Shown in pieces: positions 39,147 to 47,470 of a DNA stretch of 64,000 bases. Position 1 is the first letter of the stretch. Each line of letters begins with the position of its first letter. Origin of the DNA: an uncultured Verrucomicrobiae bacterium (GTDB taxonomy: Bacteria; Verrucomicrobiota; Verrucomicrobiia; Limisphaerales; Palsa-1400); NCBI GenBank assembly GCA_963764165.1, contig CAVXRD010000002.1, forward strand, positions 2,560,001 to 2,624,000, in the 5' to 3' direction. Made by a program: the position numbers and the translations under genes. The notes under the pieces are model-generated. The model was not told the origin of the DNA and made no database searches. It worked only from the letters and a program-made list of their open reading frames with translations.

Positions 39147-40598
39147 TTACACCACCCAGCCCTTCCGATCCTCGCGCTTAATCCAGCGGTTCAATTCTGT
39201 CAGGTTTGTCACGCGCATATTCGGGCCGTCCCATTTGACGAGGTTGTGCGGGCCTGCGTGCTGGGCCAGATTCCCCAGCAGCGTGAACTCGGTCAGGCGC
39301 GCGCCGTACTCAAAGGGCGTCGCTGTATTGGTGCGGCCGGCCTTGCAGGCTTGCATGAAATCAACGAAGGGGTTTTGGTTTGGACGAGGCAGCGTCTTTG
39401 GCGGCTGTTTGATGGAATCCATTTTTTCCATTGGCACCACGTGCATTGGGTTCGTGTTCGTGCCGCCGTAGGTCGCGGTGAAGATCACTCCTTTTGATCC
39501 GACGTAAAGAGTGCCGCTATCGCCTTTCAAAAGTTCTTCGTCGGGATACTGCTTTTGCAATTCGAGCGCTAAGGCGGGGTAATACCGCGCCGAGCCGGAT
39601 GCGGCATGCAGATCGCCTTTGATCTCGGCTGGAGCTGTCGGGTTCAAACCCTCGTACCAATACGCCTTGAAGGCTGGCATTTTGCCGCGCGCCGGAACAT
39701 CCCACCGCACCCGGCTGCCGAGCGGATACCGCTCGTCGCTGCCGCCGCGGACGTATTCCATCTCCATGCTCGTCGGGTGCTCGACTTTCAGCGCCCAATA
39801 AACTCCCTCCAAAACGTGGCAGCCCATGTTGCCAATCGAGCCGTTTCCAAAATCAAACCAGCCATGCCATTCGTGCGGGTGCAAATCCGCATGGAAATCG
39901 CGATACGGCGCCGGCCCAATCCACGAATCCCAATTCAGGCCCGCTGGCACCGGCAGGGTTGGCGGACGCGGGCCTTCGCCGCCGTTGGCGCGATTTGTCC
40001 AGCTATGCGTTTCGGTGATGTCGCCAATGACGCCAGCTTCAACAAATTCGCACAGGCGCCGATAACCCTCGCCGCAATGCCCCTGGTTGCCCATCTGCGT
40101 GGCGCACTTGTTGTGGCGCAACGAGGCTTCGCGCAGTTTCCGCGCTTCGGCGATGTCGTGGGTCAGCGGTTTCTCGCAATAGACATTCTTCCCCGCCTCG
40201 AGCGCCATGAGCGCCGCGTTGCAATGGTGATGGTTCGGCGCGGCCACAAACACGCAGTCGATCTCCTTGCCGATCTTGTCGAACATCTCGCGGTAATCGG
40301 CGAAAACTTTCGCGTCCGAAGCGTCGACATTCTTTTTTGTGAATTCCTTTTTCTTCGCGCCGATCTGCTTCGGATCCGGATCGACCATGGCCACGAGATG
40401 CTGTTTTCCCTTGACGATGACTTCGTCAAGGTGCGTCGAGCCGCGTCCGCCGCAGCCGATCTGCACACATTTGAGCGTGTCACTCGGCTGACGCGCCGAG
40501 AGAATGCTGGGAAAGCCAATGATCTGCGCGGCGGCTGCGGCTCCCGCCGCCATGGTGGTACGCTTAATAAACGTCCGGCGAGTAAAGTTGGGTTTCAT
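39147..40598 (-). CDS. Tat-exported Gfo/Idh/MocA oxidoreductase
   Basis: TRRTFIK, IGCGGRG, PNHHH, YCEKPL, QMGNQG. Confidence 0.92.
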   Translation of the reverse strand: MKPNFTRRTFIKRTTMAAGAAAAAQIIGFPSILSARQPSDTLKCVQIGCGGRGSTHLDEVIVKGKQHLVAMVDPDPKQIGAKKKEFTKKNVDASDAKVFADYREMFDKIGKEIDCVFVAAPNHHHCNAALMALEAGKNVYCEKPLTHDIAEARKLREASLRHNKCATQMGNQGHCGEGYRRLCEFVEAGVIGDITETHSWTNRANGGEGPRPPTLPVPAGLNWDSWIGPAPYRDFHADLHPHEWHGWFDFGNGSIGNMGCHVLEGVYWALKVEHPTSMEMEYVRGGSDERYPLGSRVRWDVPARGKMPAFKAYWYEGLNPTAPAEIKGDLHAASGSARYYPALALELQKQYPDEELLKGDSGTLYVGSKGVIFTATYGGTNTNPMHVVPMEKMDSIKQPPKTLPRPNQNPFVDFMQACKAGRTNTATPFEYGARLTEFTLLGNLAQHAGPHNLVKWDGPNMRVTNLTELNRWIKREDRKGWVV

Positions 40599-40855
40599 AG
40601 TAAGCCCGTTGTAATCCTGCCGTCCAAAAACTGCAACCTTTTCCCACCCCCCCGTTTGAGGGGTCGCTCCTGACCGGCGATTTTCATTATTCGCATTATT
40701 CCTATAAATTCCCACTTCATGGGAGGAATTGGAATTATGCGAATCATGGGAGCGGTTCAGCTTTCACCCGGCTTTTCCTCTGGCCAAGTAGGTGCCGACC
40801 CAATAGATTGCGCATTCGGTGTAGCGGAAATTAACCTGAATATTAGACTCCGATT

Positions 40856-42970
40856 ATGGCTCTTTCATTCAATGGCCGCGCTCGTCCGGCCCTCTTGGCT
40901 GGCGCTCTCTTGCTCTCCACCGTTGCCGCATTTGCGGATGACGTCAAAGTGATCCTCGACGATCCATACATGTGGCTCGAAGACGTCAATGGCGACCGCG
41001 CCATGACGTGGGTGCGCGGCGAAAATTCCATTTGCACGAACCAACTGGACACGGTGCCGGGCTTCAAGGACATGCAGGAAAAGCTGCTGACGATCATGAA
41101 TTCGCGCGAACGAATTCCGGGCGTCGCCAAGCACGGCAAATATTATTACAACTTCTGGCGCGACGACAGCAATCCCCGCGGCGTCTGGCGCCGAACCACG
41201 CTGGACGAATACAAAAAGGCATCGCCCAATTGGGAAGTCGTTTTGGATGTCGACGCACTCGCCGCGACGGAAAAAGAAAATTGGGTCTGGCACGGTTACG
41301 AAGTTCTCCAGCCTTCTTACGACCGCTGCTTGATTCAGCTTTCGCACGGCGGAGCGGATGCAGCGGTCGTGCGCGAGTTCGATCTCAATACGAAGTCCTT
41401 CGTGACGGATGGATTTCACCTGCCCGAAGCGAAGAGCCATATTTCCTGGCGCAATCATGATGCCGTTTACGTCGGAACAGATTTCGGCCCTGGCTCGATG
41501 AGCAGCAGCGGCTACCCGCTCGTCATCAAGGAATGGCATCGCGGCACGCCTCTTTCTTCGGCTGCCGCCGTCTTCCAAGGCAAGCCTGACGACATGGCGG
41601 TCAGCGCCTTTGTCTCGCATGATCATGGGCAGGTCTACGAATGGGTCGTGCGCACGCCGACGTTTTTCACGGACGAAATGTATCTGCGAAAAGGCGATCA
41701 ATGGGTGAAAATCGAAAAGCCGGCCGACGCCAGCGTCTCGACTTACGGCAAGCTGGCCATGTTCCGGCTTCGCTCGGCGTGGACGGTGAATGGCGAAACA
41801 TTCGCAGCCGGCTCGCTCATCGCGACCGACCTTCAGGAATACATGAACGGCGGAAGGAATTTCACCGTCATCTTCAAGCCCAGCGAGCGGGTTTCGCTGG
41901 CCTCGATCAGCGACACGAAAAATTATCTCATCTTGACAGAGTTGGATAACGTCCACAGCCGGCCTTATCTCGTCCAATATGACAACGGAAAGTGGGTCCA
42001 ATCACCAATCCCGGCCCCGGATTTTGGAGCGGTGGAAGTCAGCGGCATCGATTCGGATGAGTCCGACGATTATTTCGTGACGCAGACGGATTTCCTGACG
42101 CCTTCGACACTGCTGATCGGCACCGCAGGAGTGAGCGCGCCGGAAAAAATCAAGGCGATGCCGTCCCTGTTCAACGCGGGCGGACTGGAGATTCAGCAAT
42201 TCCAGGCCAAATCCAAGGACGGCACGATGGTTCCTTACTTTGTGGTGAACCGCAAAGGAATGCGCCTTGACGGGCAAAATATAACGCTGTTGTCAGGTTA
42301 CGGTGGATTTGAAATCGCGCGTCTTCCTTCCTACAGCGCGGCGATGGGGGCGGCGTGGCTCGAGCGCGGAGGCGTTTATGTCCTGGCCAACATTCGCGGC
42401 GGCGGCGAGTTTGGCCCGCAATGGCACGAGGCGGCCCGCAAGGAGCATCGCCAGCGCGCTTACGACGATTTCATCGCGGTGGCGGAGGATTTGATCACGC
42501 GCGGCATCACCTCGCCCAAGCGCCTCGGCATCGAAGGGCGCTCCAACGGCGGTTTGCTCATGGGCGTCATGATTACCGAGCGGCCTGATTTGTTTGGCGC
42601 GGTTCATTGCGGCTCGCCGCTGCTGGACATGCGCCGTTACAATAAATTGCTGGCGGGCGCGAGCTGGATGGATGAATACGGCGATCCGGACAAACCGGAG
42701 GATTGGGCCTACATTCAAAAATATTCCCCGTATCAAAATTGCCGTGCCGATAAAATTTATCCGCCGATCCTCATCACGACTTCAACGCGAGATGATCGCG
42801 TGCATCCCGGCCATGCGCGAAAGTTTGCCGCGCGTTTGAAAGAGCAAGGTCACGAAATGCTGTATTACGAAAACATCGAAGGCGGCCACGGCGCGGCGGC
42901 AAACAATAAGCAATCGGCGTTTATGGAAACGCTGGCGTATGCATTTTTGTGGGATCGCCTGTCTCATTAG
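40856..42970 (+). CDS. Prolyl oligopeptidase (S9A), signal peptide
   Basis: Motifs DPYMWLE, GYGGF, RGGGEFG, GRSNGGL, DDRVHP, GGH. Confidence 0.95.
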   Translation: MALSFNGRARPALLAGALLLSTVAAFADDVKVILDDPYMWLEDVNGDRAMTWVRGENSICTNQLDTVPGFKDMQEKLLTIMNSRERIPGVAKHGKYYYNFWRDDSNPRGVWRRTTLDEYKKASPNWEVVLDVDALAATEKENWVWHGYEVLQPSYDRCLIQLSHGGADAAVVREFDLNTKSFVTDGFHLPEAKSHISWRNHDAVYVGTDFGPGSMSSSGYPLVIKEWHRGTPLSSAAAVFQGKPDDMAVSAFVSHDHGQVYEWVVRTPTFFTDEMYLRKGDQWVKIEKPADASVSTYGKLAMFRLRSAWTVNGETFAAGSLIATDLQEYMNGGRNFTVIFKPSERVSLASISDTKNYLILTELDNVHSRPYLVQYDNGKWVQSPIPAPDFGAVEVSGIDSDESDDYFVTQTDFLTPSTLLIGTAGVSAPEKIKAMPSLFNAGGLEIQQFQAKSKDGTMVPYFVVNRKGMRLDGQNITLLSGYGGFEIARLPSYSAAMGAAWLERGGVYVLANIRGGGEFGPQWHEAARKEHRQRAYDDFIAVAEDLITRGITSPKRLGIEGRSNGGLLMGVMITERPDLFGAVHCGSPLLDMRRYNKLLAGASWMDEYGDPDKPEDWAYIQKYSPYQNCRADKIYPPILITTSTRDDRVHPGHARKFAARLKEQGHEMLYYENIEGGHGAAANNKQSAFMETLAYAFLWDRLSH

Positions 42971-43008
42971 GCATTCACGCGTCTTAACCGTGCTCCATTG
43001 AGACGCTC

Positions 43009-43112
43009 GGTAGGGCGAGGCTCCTGCCGAGCCGGCCTATAATTCCCATTTTTATGGGATGAATGGGAATGATGGGAGTTATGGGGCGGCTCGGCAGGAG
43101 CCTCGCCCTACC
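43009..43112. repeat. REP-like doublet, family A
   Basis: Identical arms to 1268-1390 and a similar TTCCCAT/ATGGGA spacer. Confidence 0.9.
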
Positions 43113-43133
43113 GTGCCATATAAACTAACACGT

Positions 43134-43166
43134 CTTCATCCAATCTTAAGGTTCGCTCTGCATAAT
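43134..43166 (+). promoter_or_regulatory. Putative OmpR-type direct-repeat box plus -10
   Basis: CTTCA-N6-CTTAAGGTT followed by CATAAT; same layout at 45591. Confidence 0.6.
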
Positions 43167-43209
43167 GGCTGTCGTGACGCAGGAAGTCATGATAGCGTCG
43201 GCCCAAGCC

Positions 43210-43860
43210 ATGCGGCTTTTGATTGTCGAAGATGAACCGGATTTGCGCAGCGGACTTGAACAAGCCCTGCGCGAGGAAGGCTACGCGGTGGATTCCGCAG
43301 GCGAAGGAACCGAAGCTCTTTACAAGGCGGAAACCTGGGATTACGACACCATCGTGCTGGATATCATGCTTCCAGGCATCGACGGCTGGGAAATTCTCAA
43401 GCGCATTCGGAAAACAAAAAAGGTTCCAGTCCTCATGCTGACCGCGCGGGATGCCTTCACCGACCGCGTTCGCGGCCTTGATCTCGGGGCGGATGATTAT
43501 CTCGTCAAGCCGTTTGATCTTTCGGAACTTCTGGCCCGCGTTCGCGCTTTGATCCGCCGCTCGGCGGGTTCCCCGAATCCCGTTTCTGTCCTTGGCCCCA
43601 TCGCCATCAACACTGCTTCGCGCCATGTCGAAGTCGAGGGCAAGCACGTCGAGCTGACAGCGCGGGAATACGCGTTGCTCGAATATCTCGTCAACCGCCG
43701 GGGCGTCGTCGTCAGCCGCACGGAATTGTATGACCACCTGTTTGCGGAGGAGGACGAGTCATGCTCAAATCTTCTTGACGTTCACGTTTGCAATCTGCGT
43801 CGGAAGCTCGGCAAGGATTTGATTCAAACCCGCCGCGGCCACGGCTACGTGGTGGAATAA
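43210..43860 (+). CDS. OmpR-family response regulator
   Basis: MRLLIVEDE, LDIMLP, GADDYLVKPF, winged helix ending TRRGHGY. Confidence 0.95.
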   Translation: MRLLIVEDEPDLRSGLEQALREEGYAVDSAGEGTEALYKAETWDYDTIVLDIMLPGIDGWEILKRIRKTKKVPVLMLTARDAFTDRVRGLDLGADDYLVKPFDLSELLARVRALIRRSAGSPNPVSVLGPIAINTASRHVEVEGKHVELTAREYALLEYLVNRRGVVVSRTELYDHLFAEEDESCSNLLDVHVCNLRRKLGKDLIQTRRGHGYVVE

Positions 43861-43864
43861 CCGC

Positions 43865-45304
43865 ATGTTCCCCAAATCCATTCGCTGGCGGATTCAATTG
43901 TGGCATGGCGCTCTTCTCGTTTGCCTGGTGGCTGTGATGCTCGGCACTTTTTACGTCTACGTTCGCGCCGAGAAATTCCGTTTGGTTGATGATCAGCTTG
44001 AATCTTATTTGACGCCCTTGATGCCGCATTTGTTTCCGCCGGGCGGCGGGCGCGGATTCGGGCCACCGGCCGGCCCGGACGATGATCCGCCAGAGGACGA
44101 GCCATTCGGCGGACCGCACGAGCGCGGCCGGCCCGAACCAACGGAATTCGGCAGCGAGCAATCCAAAGGAGTCTACTACACCGCGTGGTCGTCGCGGGGA
44201 ATGGTCGTTGCCAAAACAACGAATTCCCCGGCTCTGACACCACCTCGCGCGGAAGAGGGCCGTCATCGCGCCAGCCGCCTGCGGGGCACAGCGCGGGAAT
44301 TAATCGTCTTCACTCCGCACGACGGTGTCGTCGTTCTTGGCATGCCGATCGGCACCACACTGGACGAGCTTCACCGGCTGGCTTGGATCGAGGCGCTGGC
44401 GGGCGTGGGATTGGTGGCCTTCGGATTGGCGGGCGGCTGGTGGGTGGCTGGACATACGTTGCAACCCATTCAAGAAATCAGCAAAGTCGCTGACAACATC
44501 GCGGCTGGCGATCGAGCGCGTCGCATCAATGTCCAGGAGGCAGACAGCGAATTGGGAAAATTGGCCACCGTATTAAACACAACTTTCGACAAGCTCGACA
44601 AGGCCTTCGAGCAGCAGGTTCATTTTACCGCCGATGCCTCCCATGAACTGCGCACTCCTGTTTCCGTTATCCTGACCCAGACTCAGTTGGCTTTGTCCCG
44701 CGAGCGTGCCGGCGCCGAATATCGCGAAAGCCTCGCCGTCTGCCAGCGCGCCGCCGAACGGATGCGCGGCCTCATCAACACGCTGCTTGACCTCGCACGG
44801 GCGGATGGAACCGGATTCGACTTGACGGTGGCCGATTGCGATTTGCGCCGCATAGCTGACAGCGCCATTGATCTCGTTGGAACGCTCGCGGCACAAAAGG
44901 AAACGAAACTGCAAGTCAACGTCGACGCCATTCATTTGAAAGGCGATCCATCCAAATTGGAGCAGGTGCTGGTCAATCTTTTGCAGAACGCCATCCTCCA
45001 CAACCCTCCCGGCACGCAAGTTTGTTTGTCGATCCACTCGAAGGAAGGTTACGCCGAGATTCGTGTCTCAGACGATGGAGCGGGCATCCCAGCCGAGGCG
45101 AGAGACCGTATATTTGACCGGTTTTTCCGTGTCGACAAGAGCCGGTCCAGCGCCACGGGGGGGAGCGGATTGGGGCTGGCCATTTGCAAAGCGATTATCG
45201 AAGCGCACGACGGGACTATTATCGTCGAAGATAAGGCGGCCAAGGGCACTGAGTTTCGCGTTCTGCTGCCGTTGAATTCCACGCCCGAGCCATCGAAAGG
45301 ATAG
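43865..45304 (+). CDS. Sensor histidine kinase (2 TM, HAMP)
   Basis: Motifs DASHELRTP, NLLQNA, DDGAGI, GGSGLGLAI. Confidence 0.95.
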   Translation: MFPKSIRWRIQLWHGALLVCLVAVMLGTFYVYVRAEKFRLVDDQLESYLTPLMPHLFPPGGGRGFGPPAGPDDDPPEDEPFGGPHERGRPEPTEFGSEQSKGVYYTAWSSRGMVVAKTTNSPALTPPRAEEGRHRASRLRGTARELIVFTPHDGVVVLGMPIGTTLDELHRLAWIEALAGVGLVAFGLAGGWWVAGHTLQPIQEISKVADNIAAGDRARRINVQEADSELGKLATVLNTTFDKLDKAFEQQVHFTADASHELRTPVSVILTQTQLALSRERAGAEYRESLAVCQRAAERMRGLINTLLDLARADGTGFDLTVADCDLRRIADSAIDLVGTLAAQKETKLQVNVDAIHLKGDPSKLEQVLVNLLQNAILHNPPGTQVCLSIHSKEGYAEIRVSDDGAGIPAEARDRIFDRFFRVDKSRSSATGGSGLGLAICKAIIEAHDGTIIVEDKAAKGTEFRVLLPLNSTPEPSKG

Positions 45305-45308
45305 CGTC

Positions 45309-45485
45309 TTAACTTGGATTGATCTTGGGTTTCTCGAGACAGAGGACCAAGATACACACAAAACAAATGTCGTCGCCGGCTTCTGCGTACGGACTAAGCG
45401 AAATCCAATGTCCGCTGCGAATGATAAGACATATCAACCAAATAACTAGAAGAGTATTCAGCAGCGGTTTTCTTTTTGGATTCAT
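45309..45485 (-). CDS. Possible small membrane protein
   Basis: MNPKRKPLLNTLLVIWLICLII...; GAGAGGA upstream; no family recognised. Confidence 0.25.
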   Translation of the reverse strand: MNPKRKPLLNTLLVIWLICLIIRSGHWISLSPYAEAGDDICFVCILVLCLEKPKINPS

Positions 45486-45590
45486 TAGTCCATTTCCTCT
45501 CGACAGCATTATCCGCGAAATTTGCCGATCGCAATATAAATCACGGCTCTGCGCATGATATATTATGTTTCACGCATCATTTCCTGCGCC

Positions 45591-45624
45591 CTTCACGCAT
45601 CCTTAAGGTTGATTGCGCTAGAGT
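45591..45624 (+). promoter_or_regulatory. Putative OmpR-type direct-repeat box plus -10
   Basis: CTTCA-N6-CTTAAGGTT then TAGAGT, ending 6 nt before ATG 45631. Confidence 0.6.
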
Positions 45625-45630
45625 GGCCGC

Positions 45631-47463
45631 ATGAAAAACAAATTTCATATACCCATCAAGTTTTCAAAAACGTTTTGGACTCTTGCGGTGGTGATCGGGA
45701 TGGCGGGCGGCGCTTCGGCGGATCCGCTTATCACTTCCTGGTTCACCACTTACTCCGGCAGATACGCCCGGATCTACACCACGGACAGCGCCAAGCTGGC
45801 AGGCGCCGCGGTCACAACGTGGACCAACGGCTCGCTGATCCAATCGCTTCCGGCTTACGACGGAATTCAGGAAGTCGATGACTCGTCCAATTGGGTTTAC
45901 ATCCGCAGCACCGGGCTGGGCTCGCATGTCATGGGGCCGTGGTATTTGGATGCGGCCCATACCCAGGCATTTCCCAGCTATCCCACCAATCAGCAGGTGC
46001 TTTATCGAATCCCTCGCTCGCCCGCGGCGGGAACAGGAACGCTGAACGGCGGTGGCGCGATTGGATATTTCGTGGATGGCGTTTCCATGTTCAACAGTTG
46101 GGATGCATTTTATTGGAACGGATCGGCGGATGTTTCCGGCGGCGCGGGCAACGGCGCTGCGTGGAATCGCGATGCATACGTCAACGAAGGCGTCACCTTC
46201 GATCCGGGCAATGCTCACCAGCCCGGCAGCGGCCAATACCATTACCACGCCAATCCCCCTGCCCTGCGCTATCTGCTGGGAGATCACGTCAATTACAATT
46301 CCGCCACGGACACTTACACCGAATCCACCAACGCGCTGACGCAGCATTCGCCCATCCTCGGCTGGGTCGCGGACGGCTGGCCGATTTATGGCCCCTATGG
46401 CTATTCGAACGCCACCAATTCCGGCAGCGGAATTCGCCGGATGATTTCCGGTTACGTTCCCCGCAACGGCGAATATGGGACGGACAATCTCTCGACCACC
46501 GGCGCAGCCCGCACGACGATCCCGGCGTGGGCGCAGAGGTTCTACAGTTTGTCCGCCGCGCAAAGCGGCCCAACCGTTTCCACCAGTTATCCATTCGGGC
46601 GTTACATGGAGGATAACGATTACCTGGGCGATCTCACTAATTCCGCGACGCACGCGGTTTACCAGCAAGGCACCGACTTCGATTTGGATGAATACAATGG
46701 CCGCTATTGCGTCACGCCGGAATATCCCAATGGCACCTACGCCTACTTCGTCGCCATAGCTTCGAATGGCACGCCCGTGTTTCCGTATAACATTGGCCGC
46801 GCCTACTACGGAGACCCGGTGGGCGGCGCGGTGTCAGGCATCGCCGAAACGGTGACGACGAATTTTGTGGGAGGCCCGAGCCTCGCGCCGGAGATCAATC
46901 CGCCGACTGTCAAGAATACAACCGTCACTTTGACCTGGAGCGCCACCGAAGGCGGAACTTACCTCGTGGCCTCCAGCACGAATCTGCAAACCTGGACAAC
47001 AAATTCCACCAACGTGTCCGCAGTGATGAACACGGGCTCATATACGAATACAAGCTTGTCCACCGAACGCTTCTACGTCGTGGCGCGGACGGCGCTTGCG
47101 GCCTATTCGCCGGTAACTGGAACAACAACGACGAGTGGAGGCGGCGGCAATCTGGTGACGATGTCTCCGAATTCCGGCGCGCGCGGCAGCACGATCACGG
47201 TGACCGCGACAATTAGCGCCAGCGCCAATCCGCCTCCGCCGCCAACAGCGGGAGCGCCGGTGGCGACCTTCACCGTCGGAACACTTAGCGTCACAAGTCC
47301 GGTGTATACAGTCAGCAGCGGCGCGGGAGTTGTGACCGGCAAACTGACAATCCCATCCACAACCGCAGCGGGAAGCCAGACGGTGACGATCACGTTCTCG
47401 CCACCACCCGGCCAAACGCAAGGGCCGACCTACACGCAATCCGGCGCGTTCACCATCGAGTGA
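45631..47463 (+). CDS. Secreted YHYH-domain protein with Ser/Thr-rich Ig-like tail
   Basis: Signal peptide; AHQPGSGQYHYH, HSPILGWVADGWPIYGPYGY, DLDEYNGRYCVTPEYPNGTYAYF. Confidence 0.85.
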   Translation: MKNKFHIPIKFSKTFWTLAVVIGMAGGASADPLITSWFTTYSGRYARIYTTDSAKLAGAAVTTWTNGSLIQSLPAYDGIQEVDDSSNWVYIRSTGLGSHVMGPWYLDAAHTQAFPSYPTNQQVLYRIPRSPAAGTGTLNGGGAIGYFVDGVSMFNSWDAFYWNGSADVSGGAGNGAAWNRDAYVNEGVTFDPGNAHQPGSGQYHYHANPPALRYLLGDHVNYNSATDTYTESTNALTQHSPILGWVADGWPIYGPYGYSNATNSGSGIRRMISGYVPRNGEYGTDNLSTTGAARTTIPAWAQRFYSLSAAQSGPTVSTSYPFGRYMEDNDYLGDLTNSATHAVYQQGTDFDLDEYNGRYCVTPEYPNGTYAYFVAIASNGTPVFPYNIGRAYYGDPVGGAVSGIAETVTTNFVGGPSLAPEINPPTVKNTTVTLTWSATEGGTYLVASSTNLQTWTTNSTNVSAVMNTGSYTNTSLSTERFYVVARTALAAYSPVTGTTTTSGGGGNLVTMSPNSGARGSTITVTATISASANPPPPPTAGAPVATFTVGTLSVTSPVYTVSSGAGVVTGKLTIPSTTAAGSQTVTITFSPPPGQTQGPTYTQSGAFTIE

Positions 47464-47470
47464 TCACCAC

